A DNA stretch of 64,000 nt from Eubacteriales bacterium (lineage in GTDB: Bacteria > Bacillota > Clostridia > Christensenellales > Aristaeellaceae), in the NCBI GenBank assembly GCA_034180455.1, contig JAXFOG010000033.1:5140-69139 (forward strand). The letters are read 5' to 3'. Below the pieces are notes generated by a model, which did no database searches, had not been told where the DNA came from, and saw only the letters and a list, made by a program, of their open reading frames with translations. The position numbers were made by a program, and so were the translations under genes. Of the stretch, positions 9,124-17,611 are shown in pieces. Each line of letters begins with the position of its first letter. The first letter of the stretch is position 1.

Positions 9124-9563
9124 ACTAATTCATCCCTTAATATAAGTTTAAATGCAACAAATAAGCTAGATACAAAAATCATAATATCGGATAAATTACA
9201 AACAAAAAAAGGGATAAGTGGAAAAAATATCATATCTATAACGTATCCTATAAAAACTCTATCAAAAAGATTTCCCAAGAAAGATCCGATAATAACCATG
9301 AAAGCTAGATTAAAATGTTTATTATTGATTTTTCTAAAAATACCATATAAAAATATAATTAACACTATTGGGACAATGACAGTAAGTAGAATATTATTTT
9401 TGAATAATCCAAAAGAAATACCATAATTTTCTACATATTTTAATGAAAATACATGAGGAATTACGACAAATTCATTTATAATAGTTTCTTTATTTAACAA
9501 AGCGATGTATTTTACTATTCTATCAGCAAAAAATGATAGTCCAATTAATAATATTTTTTTCAA
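9120..9563 (-). CDS. lspA: Lipoprotein signal peptidase (signal peptidase II)
   Basis: 147 aa. NYGISFGLF and GNLFDRV..GYVIDMI motifs, 4 TM helices. Confidence 0.9.
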   Translation of the reverse strand: MKKILLIGLSFFADRIVKYIALLNKETIINEFVVIPHVFSLKYVENYGISFGLFKNNILLTVIVPIVLIIFLYGIFRKINNKHFNLAFMVIIGSFLGNLFDRVFIGYVIDMIFFPLIPFFVCNLSDIMIFVSSLFVAFKLILRDELV

Positions 9564-9615
9564 GTTAACACCTCAATTGAATTTTATCAAAATTAAAATT
9601 TATTTGCAAAGTTTA

Positions 9616-9644
9616 TTGACTAATCAGTTTTATGATGGTATTGT
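9616..9644 (+). promoter_or_regulatory. Candidate sigma-A promoter for the thiT leader
   Basis: TTGACT (9616-9621), 17 nt, TATTGT (9639-9644) with TG at 9636-9637 (extended -10). Confidence 0.4.
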
Positions 9645-9647
9645 ATA

Positions 9648-9765
9648 TGTATCAGGGGTGCTTAATTGCTGAGACAAGTTTTTGCTTGAACCCTTAACCT
9701 GATCCAGATAATGCTGGCGTAGGAAGTTTTTTATTGCGCTGGCACTATCGTTCAGCGTAATTTTT
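9648..9765 (+). promoter_or_regulatory. TPP (THI-box) riboswitch with terminator-type expression platform
   Basis: CAGGGGTGC...CTGAGA...ACCCTTAACCTGATCCAGATAATGCTGGCGTAGGAAG matches conserved THI-element segments. It is followed by a T run and a GCGCTG...CAGCGT hairpin plus TTTTT just before the thiT SD. Confidence 0.85.
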
Positions 9766-9778
9766 ATTGGAGGAAAAC

Positions 9779-10348
9779 ATGGATAAGACAAAGAGATTAG
9801 CAGAGAGTGCAATTTTAATTGCAATCGGAACAGTTTTAAGCTTTATTAAGTTTGAATCATTTTGGGTAAAGGGTGGAAGCATTACTCTTGCATCTACTCT
9901 TCCATTGGTACTAATATCATACCGTTATGGAGTAAAATGGGGCGCATTTTCTGCGTTCGTATATTCACTGATTCAAGCGCTTCTAGGAGCTCAAAACTTT
10001 GGATACGCTCCTACATTTATAGTTTGGGTAGGAATTTTATTATTTGACTACATTTTACCATTTACAGGGATTGGTATGTCTTCTTTATTTAAAAATATAT
10101 CTAGCAATAAGCGTATATCAATAATTATCAGTATTTTTATTACATATTTCTTTAGATTTGCTTGTCATACATTTTCGGGTTGGATTGTATGGGGAAGCAT
10201 TTATCAAAATGTTGGCTGGGAAGCATTTACATTTTCTTTTGGTTACAATGGTGCTTATATGCTGCCAGAATTTATCATTAGCGCACTTGTTGTTGCTATA
10301 AGCTATAAGAGTATTGAAAAATATTGGCAAAGTTGTATTGTTAAGTAA
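9779..10348 (+). CDS. thiT: Thiamine transporter ThiT (ECF S-component)
   Basis: Six-TM protein MDKTKRLAESAILIAIGTVLSFIKF... directly downstream of the TPP riboswitch. GGAGGA SD at 9769-9774 supports ATG 9779; the ORF-track start 9767 is a TTG inside the SD. Confidence 0.8.
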   Translation: MDKTKRLAESAILIAIGTVLSFIKFESFWVKGGSITLASTLPLVLISYRYGVKWGAFSAFVYSLIQALLGAQNFGYAPTFIVWVGILLFDYILPFTGIGMSSLFKNISSNKRISIIISIFITYFFRFACHTFSGWIVWGSIYQNVGWEAFTFSFGYNGAYMLPEFIISALVVAISYKSIEKYWQSCIVK

Positions 10349-10506
10349 ACATTTAAGTTAATTTATTTACCACAAAGGTTGATCTTCAATTTGTACTTTT
10401 TTTACTAAAAGACTTTATTTTTTATCAAATAAATGATAGAATACCCATAGTTTATAAAAAACGACACAAACATTGTGAAGTTTTTGTACAATATAGGAGG
10501 ATATTT

Positions 10507-12576
10507 ATGGCAGACTATAAGACCGCCACAATTAGGAATGTAGCATTCCTTGGCCATGGTGGCAATGGAAAAACAACCTTAGCTGAAAGTTTACTTTTTG
10601 TTTCAAATGCTTTAGATCGTCAAGGCAAGATTGAAGACGGAACGACAGTATCCGATTATGAGCCGGAAGAAATTAAACGTAAAATATCTATTAGTGCAGC
10701 AATAGCTCCAGTTGAATGGAAACAAAATAAAATCAATATTATTGATGTTCCCGGCTATTTTGACTTTGTAGGAGAGTCTGTTGGTGCGTTAAGAGTTTGC
10801 ACAACTGCTGCAATCGTAATGAGTGCTCCTAACGGTATAGAAGTTGGTACAGAAAAAGCTTGGGAAGCAGCTGAAAATAACGGTAAGATTATTATAGTAA
10901 ACCAAATGGATAAAGAACATGCTGATTTCGATAAGTGTGTTGAAGATCTTCGTGCAATGTTTGGTTCAAGCGTAGTTCCAATTATTTTGCCAATAGGTGC
11001 TGGAAATGAGTTTAGTGGGGTAGTAGATCTTCTACATAATAAAGCATATAAAGTTAATGGGAAAAAACGCGAAGAAATTGAATTCCCAATTGATATGCAA
11101 GAACGTATGAATGCTATTAAAGAGGAAATTACCGAAGCTGTTGCAAGTACTTCAGAAGATTTAATGGAAAAATATTTTGAAGAAGGCGAGCTATCAGGTG
11201 AGGAAATTACTAATGGCATAAAACACGGTATGTTGGATGGAACAATAGTACCTGTAGTCCCATGCTCAGCAATTACTGGAGTAGGACTGCAGACACTTCT
11301 TGATATTTTAGTAAAATACATGCCATCTTCTGCTGGTAAAGAATTTGAAGGCGTTAACGAAAAAGGAGAGCCGACTTCACGTAAATGTGATCCTGATGCA
11401 CCAACATCTGTATTTATTTTTAAAACAATTGCAGACCCATTTGTTGGAAAGCTTTCACTCTTTAAAGTTATGTCTGGAAAAGTTACTGGAAATACTACTC
11501 TTTATAATGCAAATGTTGGAAAGAGTGAAAAGATTACAAGCATATTCACATTGCTTGGTAAAAAGCAAAAAAACGTTCAAGAGCTTTATGCTGGAGATAT
11601 TGGTGCATTTTCAAAGCTGCAGTTTTCAGGTACTGGTGATACATTGTGTGAAGAAGGCAATATAATTAAGTATCCTGAATTGATATTTCCTGAACCATGT
11701 TATAGTAGAGCTGTATATACAACAAAGCAAGGTGATGAAGATAAAGTTTTTGGTGGTCTTTACAAGCTTGCAGACGAAGATAAAACAATAAATATCGAAA
11801 AGAATACTGAGACAACTGAAACTATCATATCTGGACAAGGATCAATGCACCTTGATGTTATAAAACAAAGACTTAAGGATAAGTTTGGCGTAGATGCAAA
11901 CTTTACTGAGCCAAAGATTCCATATAGAGAGTCTATTAGAAAAACTGTTTCATGCCAAGGAAGACATAAAAAGCAGTCTGGTGGTCATGGTCAGTTTGGT
12001 GATGTTTGGATTGAGTTTTCTCCTCTTGAGGATAGGTCAATTGATCTTGAATTTGAAGATGCTGTTGTAGGTGGAGCTGTTCCTCGTAATTTTATTCCAT
12101 CAGTTGAAAAGGGATTAAGAGAAAATATTAAGCATGGTGTTCTTGCTGGTTATCCAATGTATGGATTAAAGGCTAAACTTTATGATGGATCATATCATCC
12201 AGTTGACTCTTCAGAAATGGCCTTTAAAACTGCAGCGCGCATTGCATATAAGAAAGGCTGTAAAGATGCTTCTCCTGTAATTTTAGAGCCAGTAATGTCT
12301 GTAACTATCCTAGTACCTAATGATTATACAGGCGATGTAATGGGTGATTTAAATAAGAGACGTGGAAGAATAATGGGAATGAATCAGCTTCATAACAAGC
12401 AAGAACTTATAGCTGAAGTCCCATTAGCAGAAATGTCACAATATGCAACTGACTTGCGTTCTATGACACAAGCGAGAGGTTCCTTCTCAATGAAGTTTGA
12501 AAGATATGAAGAAGTTCCTCAAAATGAAGCCCAAAAGATAATCGACGCAGCAGTGCTTGAGGAAGAAGAAGAATAA
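10507..12576 (+). CDS. Elongation factor G paralogue (EF-G2-type translational GTPase)
   Basis: 689 aa. G1 GHGGNGKTT, G3 DVPG, and domains II-V recognisable (HKKQSGGHGQFG; SSEMAFKTAA). It is not in an rpsL-rpsG-fusA-tuf context. G4 reads NQMD instead of NKxD. Confidence 0.85.
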   Translation: MADYKTATIRNVAFLGHGGNGKTTLAESLLFVSNALDRQGKIEDGTTVSDYEPEEIKRKISISAAIAPVEWKQNKINIIDVPGYFDFVGESVGALRVCTTAAIVMSAPNGIEVGTEKAWEAAENNGKIIIVNQMDKEHADFDKCVEDLRAMFGSSVVPIILPIGAGNEFSGVVDLLHNKAYKVNGKKREEIEFPIDMQERMNAIKEEITEAVASTSEDLMEKYFEEGELSGEEITNGIKHGMLDGTIVPVVPCSAITGVGLQTLLDILVKYMPSSAGKEFEGVNEKGEPTSRKCDPDAPTSVFIFKTIADPFVGKLSLFKVMSGKVTGNTTLYNANVGKSEKITSIFTLLGKKQKNVQELYAGDIGAFSKLQFSGTGDTLCEEGNIIKYPELIFPEPCYSRAVYTTKQGDEDKVFGGLYKLADEDKTINIEKNTETTETIISGQGSMHLDVIKQRLKDKFGVDANFTEPKIPYRESIRKTVSCQGRHKKQSGGHGQFGDVWIEFSPLEDRSIDLEFEDAVVGGAVPRNFIPSVEKGLRENIKHGVLAGYPMYGLKAKLYDGSYHPVDSSEMAFKTAARIAYKKGCKDASPVILEPVMSVTILVPNDYTGDVMGDLNKRRGRIMGMNQLHNKQELIAEVPLAEMSQYATDLRSMTQARGSFSMKFERYEEVPQNEAQKIIDAAVLEEEEE

Positions 12577-12580
12577 TATT

Positions 12581-12609
12581 AAAAATGTAGCCGAAAGGCT
12601 ACATTTTTA
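12581..12609. terminator. Bidirectional intrinsic terminator
   Basis: AAAAATGTAGCC-GAAA-GGCTACATTTTT. It overlaps the last codons of the GT4 gene. Confidence 0.75.
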
Positions 12610-13675
12610 ATGCTTCTAAAGTATTCTTTACAACTATATTCTTATCAAATTTTTTCTCAATATGATTTCTTGACTCAATACCCATTTCTTGCTTTTCAGC
12701 TAATGGCAATTCAATAAATTTTTTCATAACTTCATATAGATTATTAAAGTTTTGTTTCTCACATAAATAACCAGTTACTCCATCGATTACTGCTTCTTTG
12801 CAGCCATGAATATTACTGGTGATTATAGGCCTTGCACACGCGGCAGATTCAAGATTTGTGTTTGCCATACCTTCATGCCATGATGGCAGTATAAAACAAT
12901 GACAGTCTCTTATATATGGAATAATGTTTTTTTGATATCCGTGGTATTTAAACCAATTGTTCTGAGATAACTCATTAAATTTATTTATATAGTTTTCTTC
13001 AAACTCTCCTAGAATATTTAATTCAAATACATATCCATTTTTGTTTAACATTTTAGCAGCTTCAATTAGCTCGTTAATACCTTTTTCTTTCATAATTCTA
13101 GCAATAAAAAGAAAATTTGTCTTTTTTTCTTGAGGATATGGGAGTGGAGAGTAATCAGATAGATTTACACCAGCACCATTTAGAAGTACGCTTTGATTTG
13201 ATTTAATTATTTTATTATTGATAAAAAAATCTTTATTTTCGATGTTTTCAAAAAATACAACTTCTGATTGTTTTAATGCAAATCTATACATTCTTATTAC
13301 TAATGCTTTTAGAAAAGTATTATAAAATGTACTTCCAAGACCGGGAATATTTGATGCATATCTAACTTTAAGAAGTCTTGCACATACTCCTCCATAAATA
13401 TTTGGCTTTATAGTATATGTTATTATTAGATCTGGATTAGTGGCCTTAATTATTTTATAATAATGGAAAATTAACTGAATATCTTTTAAAGGGTTTAGGC
13501 TCCTTCTTGAAAGCTTTGTTTTTATCATTTTACAGCCAATATTTTCAAAATAATCAAAATATTGATCTTCTGGCATTGAAACAATAATTTCATTTTTTTC
13601 AAGAAGTTTATTAATAAACTCTTTTCTAAAATTATATAGGCTGGGTGCATGATTAGTCAGAATTAAGATTTTCAT
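12599..13675 (-). CDS. Glycosyltransferase family 4 (GT-B, group 1)
   Basis: 358 aa. The N-terminus MKILILTNHAPSLYNFRKEFI and the C-terminal PSWHEGMANTNLESAACARPIITSNIHGCKE (E-x7-E region) are typical of GT4 sugar transferases. Confidence 0.8.
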   Translation of the reverse strand: MKILILTNHAPSLYNFRKEFINKLLEKNEIIVSMPEDQYFDYFENIGCKMIKTKLSRRSLNPLKDIQLIFHYYKIIKATNPDLIITYTIKPNIYGGVCARLLKVRYASNIPGLGSTFYNTFLKALVIRMYRFALKQSEVVFFENIENKDFFINNKIIKSNQSVLLNGAGVNLSDYSPLPYPQEKKTNFLFIARIMKEKGINELIEAAKMLNKNGYVFELNILGEFEENYINKFNELSQNNWFKYHGYQKNIIPYIRDCHCFILPSWHEGMANTNLESAACARPIITSNIHGCKEAVIDGVTGYLCEKQNFNNLYEVMKKFIELPLAEKQEMGIESRNHIEKKFDKNIVVKNTLEALKM

Positions 13676-13825
13676 AATTGCTCCTTATAATAATCATCAT
13701 ATAATTATATCATAGAAAATATATTAAATAATAGTATAAATAATTTAGTTTAAAATTCCTTGGCATATAATTAAAATCTTTTAACCTTCTATATAATAAA
13801 ATATCAGCTATTATATAAAGGAACA

Positions 13826-13868
13826 ATAAAAAGAAAAATGCTTAAAAACCTTTGTTTTAAAGCATTTT
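13826..13868 (-). terminator. Intrinsic terminator downstream of tRNA-Thr
   Basis: On the minus strand AAAATGCTTTAAAA-CAAAGGT-TTTTAAGCATTTT (one bulge) is followed by TCTTTTT. Confidence 0.55.
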
Positions 13869-13872
13869 ATAA

Positions 13873-13948
<76 letters not shown>

Positions 13949-14047
13949 AAATAACCTAATGAATATTAGCATATAAATTATTTAATGTCAAATAAATCAT
14001 TGAATATTATAAATAAAATTGTTAACATATAAAGTGAGGTGAATTTA

Positions 14048-15346
14048 ATGCAGAGAAATCCATTAATGAATAGAGAATGTAAAATTGAATGTAATTATAT
14101 AGAAAATGCATTTGCAAGTTGTTTAATTTCTACTGGTAAAACCAAGGTTATTTGTACATGCTCTATTGATCATAGTGTACCACCATTTAGAGAAGAAAAA
14201 AATCTATCCTGGCTTACAGCTGAGTATTCAATGTTGCCAGCTTCTACCGGGACAAGAAAAAAAAGAAATGGCTTAAAACAAGACAGCAGAGGTATTGAAA
14301 TACAGAGACTTATTGGAAGAAGCTTAAGAGAGTGCATTGATTTAGATAGTATAGAAGGAATTACATTTTTAATTGATTGTGATGTGATTCAAGCAGATGG
14401 GGGAACGCGTACTGCATCTATTACTGGAGCATATGTTGCACTACATTTAGCTGTTGAAAAATTAATAAATCAAGGTGTTATCGATCACAACCCTATAAAA
14501 CATCAAGTTGCCGCTATAAGTACAGGAATTGTAAACTCTGAGCTTTTAGTTGACTTATGCTACGATGAGGATTCGAATGCAGATGTTGACTTTAATGTTG
14601 TTATGTGTGGAGACGGTAATCTTATAGAGATTCAAGGAACAGGAGAAAAAACTAATTTTTCTTTGGAAAAATTAAATGAAATTATTCTGCAGTCTCGTAT
14701 TGCTATATTAAGACTTATGAATATTCAAAGAGATGCATTAAAAAAGGCAGGAGTTAAGTATCTACCAAAATTGAATCTTATTGTTGCCAGTACAAACAAA
14801 AACAAAATTTTTGAAATAAGTACAATGCTTGAAGATAAATATAATTTATTTGGCTTGGATTTTTTAGGCTTTAATGATGAAATTATAGAAAATGGGAATA
14901 CATTTCAAGAAAATTCTATAATAAAATCAGAACTAATTTCAAAAAAATATAACATTATTACCATTGCTGATGACAGTGGATTGTCAATAGAATATTTAGG
15001 AGGGAAACCCGGAATAAAATCTGCTAGATATGGGGGAGGAAAACTTAGTAGTAAAGAAAAAAATATGCTCATACTGAAACAAATGTCAGAAGCTAAGGAT
15101 AGATCTGCTCATTTTACATGCTGTATAAGCTTAGTAATTCCTGGAGAAAAAACTAAAACATTTGTTGGTATATGTAATGGATATGTTTTAGAATCGGAAA
15201 CTGGTAAAAATGGATTCGGATACGATCCTATTTTTGCCTATGAAGATGGAAGGCCGTTTGCTAGTCTTACTCCAGAAGAAAAAAACAAAGTAAGTCATAG
15301 GGGAATTGCAATAAAAAAATTAGGCGAATATTTGGAGACTATATAA
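14048..15346 (+). CDS. Fusion protein: RNase PH (N-terminal) plus RdgB/HAM1 non-canonical purine NTP pyrophosphatase (C-terminal)
   Basis: The N-terminal half has RNase PH motifs (EYSMLPASTGTRKKR; IEIQRLIGRSL; DCDVIQADGGTRTASITGAYVAL). The C-terminal half has RdgB motifs (IVASTNKNK; ADDSGLSIEYLGGKPGIKSARY; GFGYDPIF; SHRG). One continuous frame. The GTGAGGTG SD favours ATG 14048; track start 14039 is a GTG within the SD. Confidence 0.9.
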   Translation: MQRNPLMNRECKIECNYIENAFASCLISTGKTKVICTCSIDHSVPPFREEKNLSWLTAEYSMLPASTGTRKKRNGLKQDSRGIEIQRLIGRSLRECIDLDSIEGITFLIDCDVIQADGGTRTASITGAYVALHLAVEKLINQGVIDHNPIKHQVAAISTGIVNSELLVDLCYDEDSNADVDFNVVMCGDGNLIEIQGTGEKTNFSLEKLNEIILQSRIAILRLMNIQRDALKKAGVKYLPKLNLIVASTNKNKIFEISTMLEDKYNLFGLDFLGFNDEIIENGNTFQENSIIKSELISKKYNIITIADDSGLSIEYLGGKPGIKSARYGGGKLSSKEKNMLILKQMSEAKDRSAHFTCCISLVIPGEKTKTFVGICNGYVLESETGKNGFGYDPIFAYEDGRPFASLTPEEKNKVSHRGIAIKKLGEYLETI

Positions 15347-15347
15347 A

Positions 15348-15821
15348 ATGTTGTATGTTATAATGTCTGATTCTCATGGGAATAAAAACAATGTAAAAAA
15401 AATTATAGAATATGCAAAAAACTCATGGAATATAGATAAATTTGTTTATCTTGGTGATGGCATACAAGACTTTATTTCTCTTATTGACGAGGGAATTTTG
15501 CGTGAAAATGAATTCATAATGGTCAAAGGCAACTGTGATATTAATTCTAATGAAAAAAATGAATTAATATTAAAAGACGGAAACACTAAAATTCTTATTA
15601 CACATGGACATAAATTTTCAGTAAAGTTTGGGTTAGAAAAAATTAGTAAAAAAGCCAAAATGGAATCTGCTAAAATTGTACTTTTTGGTCATACTCATAT
15701 TGAGACAATTAAAGAATTGGATAATATAACATTTATCAATCCTGGATCTTGCAGTACGAATATTCAATTTGCTCTTCTTGAGATAAATAACGGAAAACAT
15801 TATGAAACACTTTTTAATTAG
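15348..15821 (+). CDS. YfcE/MJ0936-family metallophosphoesterase
   Basis: 157 aa. SDSHGN, GDG, GNCD and GHTH metallophosphoesterase motifs. It starts 2 nt after the rph-rdgB stop. Confidence 0.85.
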   Translation: MLYVIMSDSHGNKNNVKKIIEYAKNSWNIDKFVYLGDGIQDFISLIDEGILRENEFIMVKGNCDINSNEKNELILKDGNTKILITHGHKFSVKFGLEKISKKAKMESAKIVLFGHTHIETIKELDNITFINPGSCSTNIQFALLEINNGKHYETLFN

Positions 15822-15829
15822 GAGTATAT

Positions 15830-16945
15830 ATGATTTATTTTGATAATGCTGCGACTACGGCTATTGATGAAAATATTTTAAATGTGATGTTGCCATATTT
15901 TAAAATATATTATGGAAATCCCAGTGCATTGCATTCTACAGGTCGTGAGGCAAAGAATGCAATTAATGCTGCACGAAACAATATATCAAATTCAATTAAC
16001 TGTGAAAAAAATGAAGTTTTTTTTGCAGCCAGTGCAAGCGAATGTAATAACATAGCCTTAGAAATACTTATCAATGCAAATAAGTCAAAAGGCAATCACA
16101 TATTATGTTCAAACATTGAACATCCATCAGTGCTTAACACAGTAGAAAAATATAGAAAATATGGGTATAAAATTGACTACGCTGAAGCAAACGATAATGG
16201 AATTGTTACAGAAAAAGAGTTGCAAGCAAAACTTAGAAACGATACATGTGTAGTGGCAATTATGCATGTTAATAATGAAATAGGAAGCGTTCAAGACATT
16301 CAAACACTTTGTAGATTATCACATAATAATGGAAGTATGTTTTATTCTGATACTGTGCAATCAATCGGGCATTGTAATATAGATTTTAAATCCTTTGGGT
16401 TAGACGCAATGTGCATAAGTTCACATAAAATTTATGGACCAAAGGGAATAGCATGTCTAATTTTAAATGAAAATATAAAATATGATCCATTTATTTACGG
16501 AGGAGGACAAGAGCGAAATCTAATTTCTGGCACTGAAAATGTTCCGGGGATTGTTGCTATTTCAAAGGCTATTGAGATTGCAGTTAAAGATCAAGAAAGC
16601 AATTCAGAGTATTTAACAAAATTAAGATCCTATTTTTTGGATAAAATATCAAATATAAAAATTCTTTTTGAATTAAATTCAGATTTAAATAATAGTGTTT
16701 CAAACATTGTAAATATTAGGCTTAATGGCAAAAGAAATGATGCTGTACTAAGTAGATTGGATATGATGGGAATATGTGTTTCTGCTGGATCAGCTTGTTC
16801 TAGTGGAATAATAGAAAAGCATGGAACAGTTAGTAAAATAAAAAACAGCGACATAAAAGCCGCTGAAAGCATTAGAATAAGTTTTTCAAAATACAATACG
16901 TTTAAAGATATTGACTACTTGGTCAATGCATTAAATAATTTATAA
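15830..16945 (+). CDS. Cysteine desulfurase (NifS/IscS class V aminotransferase)
   Basis: 371 aa. PLP lysine motif SSHKIYGPKG and active-site SAGSACSSG. Confidence 0.85.
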   Translation: MIYFDNAATTAIDENILNVMLPYFKIYYGNPSALHSTGREAKNAINAARNNISNSINCEKNEVFFAASASECNNIALEILINANKSKGNHILCSNIEHPSVLNTVEKYRKYGYKIDYAEANDNGIVTEKELQAKLRNDTCVVAIMHVNNEIGSVQDIQTLCRLSHNNGSMFYSDTVQSIGHCNIDFKSFGLDAMCISSHKIYGPKGIACLILNENIKYDPFIYGGGQERNLISGTENVPGIVAISKAIEIAVKDQESNSEYLTKLRSYFLDKISNIKILFELNSDLNNSVSNIVNIRLNGKRNDAVLSRLDMMGICVSAGSACSSGIIEKHGTVSKIKNSDIKAAESIRISFSKYNTFKDIDYLVNALNNL

Positions 16946-16948
16946 ATT

Positions 16949-17611
16949 TTATTGAATATCAAGTATTTCATAATTATTATTAGCAATCTCATCATAAGAA
17001 ATAATTAAAATCATTCCTTTTCCAGATTGTATAATGGCTTCTGTTCCAATAGATTGATTACTTACACCAAGGGCAAAATCATTAGTTAAATTTGCATTTT
17101 TTATCTCGTACTTTAATCCTTTAATGCATACATCATCAGTCGTATTGTCTAACGAGAATATAGATATTGTTTTGTCTTTATCAGTTTTTTTAAAGTGAAT
17201 TTTCTGATTATTTAAACAAACTGCAATAAAATTATCTGCATACAAAACAATGTTTATTTTTTGTTTTGAATATCTTGCCATCAGTTGGATATTTGCTAAA
17301 AAATGATCTGGTCTATCTCCATACCCTCCGAATATTTTAATTTTTTCAAAACCAAGATCTATAGCTTTTCTTACAGCTAGGTCCATATCTGTTTCGTCTT
17401 TCTCAGATTTATATAATATATTGGGAATTAAGGTTTGAGGTATACTGATTGAGTCATTATCACCGATAACATACGAAACATTATATTTCTTTGTGTCAAT
17501 TTTATCATAGCCACCATCAGCACAAATTATCATATCATTTTTATGAGGGTGAAAATTTTTAAATGAAAAATCCCCAGCTCCAATGATATAACAACTATTC
17601 AATAATTTCAT
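16949..17611 (-). CDS. thiN: Thiamine diphosphokinase
   Basis: ICADGG, GDNDS and EKDETDMDLA...GGYGDRPDH motifs of TPK. ATG 17611 with GAAGGAA SD; the track start 17629 is TTG. Overlaps the parC-like stop by 17 nt. Confidence 0.85.
   Translation of the reverse strand: MKLLNSCYIIGAGDFSFKNFHPHKNDMIICADGGYDKIDTKKYNVSYVIGDNDSISIPQTLIPNILYKSEKDETDMDLAVRKAIDLGFEKIKIFGGYGDRPDHFLANIQLMARYSKQKINIVLYADNFIAVCLNNQKIHFKKTDKDKTISIFSLDNTTDDVCIKGLKYEIKNANLTNDFALGVSNQSIGTEAIIQSGKGMILIISYDEIANNNYEILDIQ

Noticed and set aside
9767-9778. N-terminal extensions in the ORF track (MEENM..., MEVIM..., MEVLIM..., MKEYLKM..., MNLM...) at 9767, 28433, 44437, 23427, 17629, 14039 and 35656
   Set aside because: Each extended start is a TTG or GTG that lies within or beside the GGAGG-type SD of the downstream ATG. 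The in-frame ATG 4-6 codons later has proper SD spacing, so I moved the starts.
10755-11321. 188-aa ORF antisense to the EF-G paralogue
   Set aside because: Same reasoning: a shadow ORF inside a well-supported gene, with no SD and no recognisable family.
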